Of a stretch of DNA of 45,104 nt, positions 13,356 through 25,086 are shown in pieces (the first letter of the stretch is position 1; every line of letters begins with the position of its first letter). The translations under genes were made by a program, and so were the position numbers. The notes under the pieces were generated by a model that did not search any database, was not told the DNA's origin, and saw only the letters and a program-made list of their open reading frames with translations. This stretch comes from Halocafeteria seosinensis (taxonomy: Eukaryota), in NCBI GenBank assembly GCA_001687465.1, contig LVLI01000145.1, positions 1 through 45,104 on the forward strand, read 5' to 3'.

Positions 13356-15771
13356 TTATATTCCACTGCTGAGAAACTTGAGTAGTGCATAGAATGCAAA
13401 CGGGACATGAAAGCCCTCCTGGAGACTATTTCGTAGGATCGACCTAAGCGTTTGTTCAAAAGAGGTGAGTTGGCGGTTGCGGAAAGACAACCAAAGCTGC
13501 TGTGCATGGTAGGAATTGTGTTGAATATCAGGGATGGACGTAACGTCATTTTGAAGAGCGTAGACAGTGCATTCCAAGTCTCCCCCCGAGTTGACATATA
13601 GCCGAGTGCTCACTGTACCAGAAGTGCTTCCGACACCCGTGTGCACAAAAGTAGCGAAAATACAACATTGCTCGAAATCGTACACGCAATTAAGGTGGTA
13701 CATTGCCTCTGTCTCGTTCTCTCCCGTGTCGTTTTTAGCATGTGGTTCGAAGCCATAAACATCTCCTTCACATGTAATTAAAGACCGCACTAGCTGATGA
13801 AACTTCCATGATCGGAGGAAGACCGTTGAACATTCCTTGATCATTGTCAGTGTAGATCCAACAGGAGGCGTTGCCATAACTTCTCTTGACTTGAATCCTA
13901 CACCAAATACCCTCCGCGAGGACACAAAAGGGGGCGAGTTTTTGCAGTGAGCATCGAACCTGATTTTGAATGGAATCTCACTACACTCCTCAGTCCCCCG
14001 GAAGGTCGCTGTACATGTTCGGCTTTGTTGTGGCTCTGTCGCTCCTTTCGGAGTTTGCGTTATATTAGTCCATTTTTTGTCACCCATTAAAAGCACCGGT
14101 TGGACAGAGCCAGTGCTACAAGAAGAAAGAACGCCTTTAATCGCTGTTCGCAAATCATAAGCTGAGAGTAGTACTGGTTGCAGCAGCTCCACAGATAGGG
14201 AAAGACATTCATGAGTTATCTCGGTAGTCTTTACTCCATCGTAGACCAAAACTTCCTCCCCGCGAGATAGAATCACACCATCTTTCTCGCCCAACGGACT
14301 AATATTACGGAATACAAACCCTTGGTAGCAATGAGGAAATGACGTATCCTCCTTTAATCCAAACCTGACAGCCTGTCCATGAAATTCACGCAGCGGTAAC
14401 ACGTTCGATACTCGGTCTAATAACAGAGCTGGTCCTTCTGCCATTCGCCGGAAATGTACCGACCGGTGAACTCCATCGGACCGCATGAGGCCCTCAGAGT
14501 TGTCTTCGGGAGTAGAAGTACCAAACAATTGCGATAGTAGTGAATCAAAATACTCTTTAAGTTTACTCGGATAATCCTTAGCCTTGTCAGTCGCTCTTGT
14601 CTTGCAACATAAGGACCGGAGTACATCCTGTGAAACCGGTTTAAAGACGAGCGTGTAAACGGATGCGCACAAATAGTTGGCGGTCTTACGTAAAGCAGAT
14701 CCCACTGTTTCCCTTGTAGGATTTTGGATATGGATGCACTGGCTTCCTCAAGTGTTTCTTCTTTAAAATCCTCTGAAATGATAGAAGCCGCAGTGATGTG
14801 GCCCTGGATTCAAATCCGTGATTCTAATTTCTCAATGATGACGACCCTCTACTGACTCGTGGAATAAGCTGCTTACCGTGATAGTCTGGATCTTTATCTC
14901 CACTAGAAAACATACAGTTTCAATGAACACTTCATATTCCCCACCCTTGCCTTCCGGAACAGATTTCGGTTGTCGAAGACACACCTTTGCATTTGATGAA
15001 TGTGAGTCCATTTCTACCGTGTAGTCGCTACACTCCTCTGAACACATGGAATGAAGCGCAATGTCGTGGCCATCAGCTCGAAGAGAATAAATCAACCCGG
15101 CCAGCCATGAAATCGACAAATAAAACCCAAAAGGATGAGGGATACGGGCTTCGGGACAGGGACCCCAGGTACATTTCTGTATTTCTTCTGAATCGGCATC
15201 CTTAATAGCTGCTTTGAATGCTTCATAGCCAGCCTCTTTGGACAAAGTAAGCATTCCATGAAACGAAGATAGCGCTTCCACACTGACAGCAAACCAATTC
15301 CGTCGTGAATTACGAACAACGTACTACACACCCTGTCGATACACATACCATCGTGTGGCCGTGGCAAGTTGCCCACATAATTTAGAATGCTTGGCTTCAA
15401 AGCGTGTCTTCCGTCGTTTGAGAACTTCGCTTCCTCCTGCTTCTTCTTGCCCCGTAGCCTGTGACCGTGTGTACTCTTCCAGCTGGCGCTTGACGCGCTG
15501 AACATTGTCGTTGGAGTACTCCAAGGCACTTATTATATTCACCGGAGAGCTCTTTCTGAGGCCTGTATCGGGTGCATGTCACTCTGTATGTATGTAAATT
15601 TCTCGAGACAAGAAGAACCGACATACCACTTGAGGAAGAATTTGTATTATCTGATGCTCCTTTCGTGGAAGAAAAGAGCTGTAGAGTGTCTGTATGAGCG
15701 AATAACTCAGCATGTCTCCTCAAGGCATCCACATTGTCATGGAGGTATAAGGACAGATTATACACGTTCAT
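13356..15771 (-). CDS. Putative divergent Mediator subunit MED1-like protein (5 exons)
   Basis: ATG at 15771 (MNVYNLSLYL). Four GT-AG introns (first at 15563-15626) give a continuous frame into ORF 13356..14705. Motif order resembles the Med1 domain by eye (see findings). The gene model is solid; the family call is tentative. Confidence 0.5.
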
Positions 15772-15803
15772 TCGGTTTGTTTGGTTCTTGTTCTTTTTTT
15801 CTC

Positions 15804-15810
15804 TATAAAT
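15804..15810 (+). promoter_or_regulatory. TATA-like element in a 63-bp divergent promoter
   Basis: TATAAAT about 25-30 nt upstream of the TDO ATG, between two head-to-head start codons. Confidence 0.35.
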
Positions 15811-15834
15811 AAGCACATAGGTATTATACATACA

Positions 15835-17167
15835 ATGGCGTCGGATAATAGTCAATACCAAGAGGATAAGAGCCATTATCCTACCCGGAGAGAGGCCATT
15901 CTGAAGCGCCGTGTGGGGAATCCCCTGGATTACAACAGCTATATCAAGGTCGAGGAGGTACGATGACAATATTTACCGACACATGGTGGTACTCTAGTGT
16001 ATACTGCGTCTCTATGTCATGCCAATGCAACGCAGTTGGCTAATTTACAGCACTTGGAGAGCGATAAAATCAGTGACTGGCCTCCGGCACACGATGAGCA
16101 CTTGTTCATTGTCATCCATCAAGTGTACGAACTGTGGTTCAAACAGATGCTGCACGAGATCGACTCCATCCGCAACATCTTTCGGCAGTCTCATGTGCCT
16201 GAAAAAGACGTGGGATTGGCAGTGCACCGTCTGACGCGTGTTACGGAAATTCAGCAAGTATTACTCCAGCAGCTGAATGTTCTTGAAACAATGACGCCGG
16301 TACGTCTTTTTATGTGTTGTTGTGCCATTACATTGCAATAAAGTAGCGATGGAGATATATATACAGCTGGAGTTCTTGGATTTCAGAGACTATTTGTTCC
16401 CAGCCAGTGGCTTCCAAAGCTGGCAATTCCGCATGCTAGAGAACAAACTTGGTCTTAAGCGAGAACAAAGGCTGAACTACGGGAAACGAGACTATCTCTC
16501 CTATCTGGACGAACGCATTGGCAACATGGTCAAAGCGTCGGAAGAAGAGCCTTCACTTCATGATCTTGTGGAAGACTGGCTTGAACGTACCCCGTTCCTG
16601 AAGTTGGAGAGCTTCGAGTTCTGGAAGCATTATCGCCAGGCAGTGGAGAAGATGATCGCGAATGAACGAAAGAGTATCGAAACAAACAGTCTAATTTCCG
16701 AATCCGACAAGGAAGAACAGTTGAAAGAGCTGGAGGGCCAAAAAGAACACTTTGAATCGCTCTTTGACAAGACGAAACACGAAGAGCTGCGGGAACAAGG
16801 GAAGCGGAGTTTCTCGTTTGAAGCCCTTCAGGCAGCTCTCCTCCTTACTACGTATCAAGATGAACCTATACTTCAGTTGCCTTCGGCACTTCTCAAGAAG
16901 CTATTGGACATGGATGAATTGTTGACTACCTGGAGATATCGTCACGCATTGATGGTCCATCGTATGATTGGAGTGAAAACCGGTACTGGGGGTAGCAGTG
17001 GGTTCAGGTATCTTCAAGCCACTGTCGGCAAGCACAGGATCTTTACGGATCTCTTCAACCTGTCAACATTTTTGATACCCCGAGCAGATTTACCGCAGCT
17101 TCCCAAGGAAATTGCCGACCGCATGAATTTTAAGTACGATGTTGAGCGTACAAGTGGTCACCACTAA
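15835..17167 (+). CDS. TDO2: Tryptophan 2,3-dioxygenase (3 exons)
   Basis: [95 protein letters not shown]. Introns at about 15958-16035 and 16300-16366. Confidence 0.95.
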
Positions 17168-17628
17168 GAAGGGAAGAGAATAGTTTGTACTGAAAGAGTT
17201 CAGTAATCTAACTACTTATTTGTTTAATTTTACAGCTTTCATCGTGGATTATTTGGCTACACGAACTTAGCGGACCCCGCTCCAGTAATCTATAGTTTTG
17301 GCTTAGTTCCTAGCTGGTCAATAAACGAATTACGTCACTTCCGTAGCAACACCAGTTTATCCTCATGCACGGCACTATCAAGCCACCCCACGACTCGTAT
17401 CCACATAATCCTCCTGTCGGCCGAAGACAGCACATGTACTATGAGGCTCATAGTATGAGCGTCTATTCCTAGGTCTCGGTGTACGAATGCAATTAACGGA
17501 TCAGTGATTGAGGCAAAACTTCTCAGGTCCTAGTACTCGGTCGTAGTCAATGGGTGCCGGGAAGTCATATCAAATGAGGCTAGAATTATGTGTATACTAA
17601 ATCAAAAAATCTGGTATGGTTCAACAAC

Positions 17629-17685
17629 GATTTTCACTGCTTAGAGCAAATCTGAAGAATTGAAAAGCTCTAAACAGTGAAAATC
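17629..17685. repeat. 19-bp inverted repeat (one mismatch) with 19-nt loop
   Basis: GATTTTCACTGCTTAGAGC ... GCTCTAAACAGTGAAAATC. Confidence 0.8.
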
Positions 17686-18557
17686 TGAAGCTGATAACTC
17701 AACATATACCTCTGGCTGTTTTCGTGGTACAACAGTTGTTCACACCTCTTAAAACAATTTCGGTAAGGTATGGCTGCATTTACAAGCACCAAACAATCCT
17801 ATCGCAAAAAAGAAGATACTTCGACGCGGCGTCCTTCAATGTTCTCCACCGGCGTATTCTTTTGATCGACACTGGGTTGTACAGTAACTGCCCCTGCAGT
17901 GTTCTTCACTGGCGAAGAATGTTTTTTCTTTTCATCGACACCGGAGTAGTTGCTGCAAACACGGATGCTATCGACAATTAGCCTCTCTGTCCCATCCGTG
18001 GTTATGGCATCATTGAAGCCCGCAGCATTTACCACTCATTTTTGTTGTATCTTCGTATCCAGTTCCCGGTTGTATCGATCTTGGATACCCTGCCGGTGTG
18101 AGGACGTTGGCCTTCATCGCCAGCCGACTCCGGCATTTTGCATTTATCCATTTCCTAGCAATGCTAGCATTCCCGGAAAGAATGGTTCATGGATGCTTGC
18201 AAAAACAACGAGGAAGCACTGTAGGTGGTGCCATGGCAATATTTGGTTGGCACATTAGCCAGTTGGTTGCCCATTGACTGGAAGTTTGACAACTTCCTCT
18301 TTTCCAAAGTACAGCACCACAGTCAAAAAACCTGGATATGCACTGATGTGTGGTATACTCTAGTCTAAGTCGACCTAAAAAGTCCATTGAAATGGATGGA
18401 TGCACAATGCCACAAGTTGAAGTTGGACTCAGCACTGCGTCAAACGCATGTATAGCACTGTTATTGTCGGCACCGTCCCCCATTGCCCTTTATCATTTAG
18501 AGTTTTCGTTTATATTGTGTAACTGGATGTCTCTCTGTAGTTGCTGAATACTCAATC

Positions 18558-20186
18558 ATGTCTCAATTCTTTGACCGCGGCTTCAACCTCGTATTTGGTG
18601 GAGGCGGCGATACAGAGAGCAATGAGAGCACGTCGGTGAGTTTGCCCCCTCCACGACCTGCTGGTACTGAGTACGTTTCCAAGCAAGATCGCCGAGAGGC
18701 TGCGTCGACTGCTGCGAGCAACACAGGCGGTAAACCCGAGCCAGCACCAGGGGAATCAGGCAGCAAAAATGTTAATGTGAAGGATTTAGACCGAGATCAA
18801 TTGATTCATTTGTCCCAGAAGCTGAACAAGAGGCTCCACAGCACTTCCAACAAGGTGAAAACGGCTTTGCAACAGGTTACCGACAAGGACAACGACTTGC
18901 AGAGTGTGAATTCAGTCTTGACAGATACACTAAATGTGCGAATTCCCTACACGCAACCCCAGCAAAACAGTGGCAGCACCAAACATGTGGACGTTGCCAA
19001 ATTTCGCCGGAATCTGAAAGCAGCTTTGAGAGAGAGGGAGGCAGAGGAGCAGTCCATGCGTACGTCATTACAAGCACAATTGGATCAAGTGTCACACGAC
19101 CATGATGTTCGCCGCAAAGCTCTAGAACGCGAAATTGAGGAATTGCAACAGGAGCAGTCTAACAAAGACAGCGAAATCGAAAATCTTTTGCAGCAACTGC
19201 ACTCATTAAAGAATCAAAACTCTAGGGCGCAGAAGAACGAAAAGAGGGACAAAACAACATCGAAATCCATTCAGACGGAAGTATCAGCTGAGTCCATAGC
19301 ACAACAGGGGGAAATCGAAAGGCTCACCCAAGAACTTGAGAAAAAAGATAGTGAGCTACATTCCCTTCGATCATACTATGACGAAGAACTCCGAAAAGCG
19401 AAAGGGAACGATAAATCCGCAGGGGAAGCTCGAGACGAGGTCAAGGAGATGCAAGAAAAAGTTGAAAGTCTGTCGAAAGAATTGAAAGATATCAACGAAG
19501 ATAGAAAGAGCCTAGAGGCATCGCTTCGCGAAGCCCAGAGCAAGTCGAAAAACGCACGGAATATGGTTGCCCGCAAGGATGCAGAGATAGGTAAGAAATG
19601 CTCAGTGTGTGTGTAGTAAAACGGGGGTTTGGTTCTATTGTGCTCGTCTGCCGTTGTTTTCCTCAGACTCTCTTAAGAAGCAAGTCTCAGAGCTTAGGGT
19701 GCAAGCAGAGTACGGGTCTCCTGCCGAGCAGCATTTCGTGCGATTGGCCGAAGAACAGGCCAACCGCGACTACAAACTGAACAGTCTTCAACGAGAGCTC
19801 GATCGATCTAGAACTAAGATCGAAGAATTGCGTTCACAGCTGAGTGCTGCGAACACTGCCAAAGAACGTCTTGAGGTCAGTGCATGAGCGCATTCTTAGT
19901 GGCCGGATTCATCCATCCAGACTATGTATCTGTCATTGTGTTTCCACAGGGTCAATTGTCTTCTCTTCAAAATCCGAAAAACGTCGAGAAAGTGAATATG
20001 GTGTACCTTAAGAACATTGTTGTCAAATACATGGCCTACGCAGATGATGCGCCTGAAAAGCAGTTCATGCGAAGAGTAATTGCGACCCTTCTTCAGTTTA
20101 ACTCGGAAGATGAGGATTTCCTGCAGCACGCCCCTATACCGGGCGGGGTAGTGAAGCAAGCACTGGAGCCACAGGAGAGCGGCTGA
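18558..20186 (+). CDS. GRIP-domain coiled-coil golgin (3 exons)
   Basis: Long heptad-rich coiled coil followed by a C-terminal GRIP motif NMVYLKNIVVKYM...EKQFMRRVIATLLQFNSED. Introns at about 19591-19667 and 19877-19949. Confidence 0.85.
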
Positions 20187-20192
20187 GTCCTT

Positions 20193-23100
20193 TCAACCGC
20201 TTGGTTTGGCAAATGTGAGAACAATGTTCCATGCGTACCAACCGTCGTTACAAAGATGCGCCATGGCGATTTCATCCCGAGCATCAATAAGATGTTCGAA
20301 GATGTCGAGGCTGCTTCGCTGGGAGTGTGGTTCGTCGTACGGAACGTCCACCGGCTCCCTCCAAATGCGTGGGACGTTGTTCCCCAAGGGTTCATTTTTC
20401 AGAATGGAGTCAACTAATAAGGGCTTTGCTCCATTGAAAGGCATTTCCTTAAGCTTCCAAAATCGTTGTTGGTTTCTGAAGTAGCGCTGATAATGAGGGT
20501 TGTCCCTTGCCCTGTGATCCCAAATCATACCCTGTGAAGTGTTTCTTCGTGCTTGAAACCAATGCATCTGCGCTGCTCGCACTTCCCACATCCCATAGTA
20601 TGCTTGTTCAGATATCTCCGTCTGATGTAACGGATCGAACAGGACAGGCAAAGTTGCATGCGTATTGAAGAACGTCTTCGTCATCTTCGCTGACTCCCTT
20701 ACTGGGTGGTCGAGAACGTCTTGGTGCAAATTGCGGAAGAGCGCTTTTTGGTAATTGCTACACAGATCCTGCCGAATGCTACAAAGGTTTGGCTCAAGCC
20801 CAACTATCCCTCTCATCATCCCTTTGAGGAGCGCCAGGTGATACGTACTCGACAGCAAAGAGTTAGCTACTTGCTCGTATTCCCGCAGGTCGTACGTAAT
20901 CAAGCTCTTCAGAAGAGTTGACCTGGTTACATGGACTTGTTCTTTATGTTGTAACAAACTGTTGTAGGGATGTTCAACCATGTTTCTCAGCGCTGACGCT
21001 CCTACTCTTCCAGGTAAAGAATTGGACATCATTGTCAAAAGAGGAGTTCCCCAGTAAAACATATTATGGGATGTAGAGTGGGCTCCCCACCAGGAGGCGT
21101 CGAGGAATAAGTCCACTCTCTGTAACACTGCGGCATATTCAACGGAGTTAAAGTGTGGCAAAACGAAAACCCTTGTCCGCCGTGTGTCGACCGTGTAATG
21201 TGTGCTGCTTTCTAATAAAGCAACATACACTCCCCGTTTTAACGCTTCTTCTTGAAACCGTTGATGAATTATTTCATGACCAGATAGTTTCAGCCATAGA
21301 ACGGCGCTGGGATTCACTCGCAGGATATTCATCCAGGTGTCAATGAGGGCTGCGTCAATTTTATGCTGTCTGTTGACACATGCCAAGACAATGTTATCCT
21401 TGCTTGCATCCATTATGTTTCGAAATACCGGGGACCATTGTCCTCTTTTGGCAGCTCTGTGCTCCTTTAACAGTTGATCCCACTCTCCTGCAGTGACGAC
21501 TCTTTCTCCAAGCCGTTGATGCATACTGCCTGCAATGGCCCGACGAGGACCTAGCACCTCTGCCCCTCTTCTTGCTAGATATCCCAGACTGTTGGGTAAG
21601 AACGTGTACGGAACGTGAACTGTCCCTTCCACGTGACTACCGTAGATCAATGCACTGTTTCCTTTGTAGCGGGCGGCCACCGATCTCCATCCCAGTGCAG
21701 GAAGCACCTCTACTAGTATTTCGGCAGCACCGACAGTGTTATCCACAAGGGTATAATCAGAGTGGCCAGTGTGTCCATTCGGTCCGGCAAATCCAACCCA
21801 GCTTACGACGATGGGAGCCATTCGGCTGTTTATCCACAGACTTAATTGAGAGTCGTGTGCATGACCCATCGTATCAAAAGCGATATCTAATCGTTGCTCC
21901 CCGTTTTCCATGCGAGATCGCATATGCTTTCCGAGGGTATCTACGGCCACGCGGAAGTCCCAGTCCCTCGTATTGTCGACAGCAGTAGCAATTGGCTTTG
22001 AAGCGTCAGGATAATTCTTTTGACCGCGAAGTTGTTCATCGCTAGGTAGAGGAAACGGAGGTGATCCCCACCCATAAGCCGTGTAATATTCGTCAACACC
22101 ACATGCGTATACTTCGCTTGCTCCTACTGTGCTCGATTCTTCTTTTGGATATGGAAGGCCGTACAGCCTTGCCCACACGTAGTCACAAACTCCTGTTCGG
22201 CGGAGCTCTGGTGAAATGTTACGCGTGTCATCCCCCGTCAAGCGTTCTTTCCACGTTGAAAGGGAACGAGATGAGCCTTCGACCAGTGACGACTTCATGG
22301 CGGTGTTATCATTCGAAGTCTCGTGCCTCTGCTCCAATTGCTCGAGCATTGATCGGGTATATGTCAACGCATTAGTTCCTGGTCCACTATGTTCTGGGAA
22401 ATACCGCAGATTCAGCGGCCCAAAGTGGTACAGCTTCACGTACATTTTCCTTTGCCCTGCAGATGTCTCTCTGTCGCTACGAACAAAAGTCCGGCGGTTT
22501 CCTACATTCTCGATCGCAAGGCGATGCCTATTATAGCCAGCTATCATGGCGCATAGTGCGTCTCCCGTTGCATGATCTCGTAAATCATAACTCGCAAACC
22601 CTATTACTAAAGAGGCTCCCCGATGAAAGCTTTCAAGCGGGTACCGCTGGTGCAGCGGGCAGGGGAGTTCTCGTATATACAAAACTGTAGGCGAGCTGCA
22701 CAGTCTGCTCGCTCGGTTTGCTTCTACATTAGAGTACGGAAATAAACCCAATTGCAATGCGGGGAAAGACAAAGAGCCTAGATCGCGCAAAATAGTGTCG
22801 TAACTCCTAATGTGGTTGAATCTCGTCTCTGCCGAAGCGTTCGTGCTCCTCCACTCCTCCGGATTGACCAAGGAAATAGCTGTGTTCCTCACATCAGGAG
22901 TAAGCATAGACTCAGAAGCATTCGACGAGATTCCTAAAGATAAGGCCGTCATGTGCCACATATTTTGCTCCAACCAGTGAAGTCGTCGCATTAGTAGCTC
23001 CTCCCACTCGTCGAAGAAATTTTCAACGTTTTCCCAGAGTATTGTATGCGCGTGTGCCATCATACGAGAGGATTGAATTTTCAAATTGTATATGGAATCA

Positions 23101-24618
23101 CCATTATCCGCGAGTTCGTTTAGCAAATTAGTGTACATCTCGTTGTATCCAGCGGCATCGTGAGCCAAGAGTACTTGAGCTAGGTTTACTCTCGCAGCAT
23201 CCTTGTAGACAGCGATTTCTTCTGCCGATTCTAGTTCCGAAAAATTTGTTTCACGTATCACACCAAGCCAATTTCGGACTGAGCCATCTCCATCCAATAT
23301 TGAGTAGAAGTGATTTGCCAAATGAAGCCTAGCTGTTATGAGCCTTGGATCAAAATGTATAGCTTCCTGGAATCTTCTGGCAGCGACGGTATGTTCGTTA
23401 CTCTCTTCAAGCAACAGACCTGAAGGCAAATGGCAGGGGAAGACGGTGACGCAATCTTTGAGAAACCAAATGTGAACTCTTTGCAACGCACCTAACGTTT
23501 GCAGTTCGTGTCCAATCTCTGCGTTCGCTCCTGGATGGAACTGATTGAGCATGTCATACATCTCCATGGCGATGGGGCCCAAACTCGAAGCTATCTCTTG
23601 AGGATATACCTGCAATTCCATGGTCTCTAAATACATTTGGTAAAGTGAAAGCTTTCGAATTTCCGGGCGGTCTTGTTGCTTCAGCTGTGGATGACACATC
23701 ACTTGTTTGTATGGAGCCCATAGCAGCACCTCTGCAGGGCAGTCTAATTGTTGCTGGATTCCGAAAAACGATGAAGGGACAAACTTCTGGAGCCGCATAA
23801 AGCCCTCTAGCCATTTTCGCAGGGTAACAAACCCTTTCGCGTTAGTTAGTTGCACAGAACGTAAGATAGCATTTGCCATGGTTGCTAATGCTCTGACAGT
23901 CTGTTTGACATAGCTGACAGGGAGGGGCAATTTTGTTCCCTCGGCAATGAAGCCTACCAAAGGAAGCCTTAGTAATTTCTTCATCACTGCTTTGTCAAAA
24001 TGACTAGCCATGAAGAACGACTCCTCTATGGCCTTTGAGGCCATGACATGCGCGAAGAGAAAATTTTGCGATTTCAACCCCAAGCTTGATAAATATTCGT
24101 AGACTTTCTGGAAGCGGCAAACAGATAAACGTGTTCATCTTTGAATCCCAAACACACCGATTTTCATTCTGCACACTTACGGGACGAAGCAGTGGTACCT
24201 TGTGTATCATGCGCTCTAATAGCTCAAGCATCTTTTCAGATTCCCCGGCTCGAAGCAGTTCGTCCACTCGGTGGAGTTCCTTGCTGTATGTTTGTTCTAC
24301 TTTTTCTATTTTTTCCGCCAACGAATGAGGCTGCCGTTTCCTTATGATACTGTCCAAATCTACTCCTCCTTCTTGTGTACCGTTGCTCGATGTGACATGT
24401 GCTGTGTGACTGGGAGACGTGTTGCTCCCTGGCACTGGAGTAGCTTCTGATGCTGTTGCCTGTTGTTGTGTCACAGTAGATGAGGATTTTTTGAGGAATT
24501 TGATGCCAGAATCAGCACCATAAGCTACCGAGTTGAGCAATATGAGGGAGGTCACTATAAAGAGTGCCATCCATCGTTTATAATGGAGGGGGCAGCTCTG
24601 AAACGCACCCAGATTCAT
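20193..24618 (-). CDS. GT41-family (OGT/SEC/SPY-like) glycosyltransferase with TPR-like region and N-terminal signal peptide
   Basis: Intron 24108-24180 (GTAAGT..TTCCAG) fuses ORF 24004..24621 in frame to ORF 20193..24083. GT41 motifs: VIGFASYDLRDHATG, LDIAFDTMGH, RMAPIVVSWVGFAG...SDYTLVD, VNRQHKID...WMNILRVNPSAVLWL, VDLFLD..WGAHST...WGTPLLT...GRVGASAL. Start is at 24618 or 24570. Confidence 0.85.
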
Positions 24619-25086
24619 CACAAATTTGTGATACAGTATGAACCATTCACATACGAAACCCCTTGCCTATGCACTCATAGTTGCAGTAACTTCTATCCCT
24701 CACGAAAGTTTACTATTTATTAAACCTTATGTTATAGGTTTGACTGAAAAACTCCGTGTATTGGCCCCTCTCGTGAAACTCAGGAATTTCAACATACCGA
24801 GTCGGACAGCAGCTTGCATCTCCCTTTGGACGCGATGTATGCTCCATATAGAGACAAGGGAGCAGTTGATATAAAATAAAATGAGTGATCAAAGAACACT
24901 CGTATGTTCATTTTATTGCGATAATCATTCATCCAATGATTGGTTCGAGAAAGGAACTCAAAAACCAGATAAGGGTTCTTCTGCAAGTATGTAGGCGCTC
25001 ACTGATATAGCGATAGTTGTAGAGCATTTTCTTGTAGTTGCAGAGCATTCGTTTAGTTATAGCATTTGTCGACCGCGAACTATTCC

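Noticed and set aside
17520..17570. Faint 5S rRNA-like words (TAGTACT...GGGAA)
   Set aside because: No 5S helices or proper spacing of internal promoter boxes.
24004..24180. Overlap of the 205-aa and 1296-aa ORFs
   Set aside because: Same gene; intron 24108-24180.
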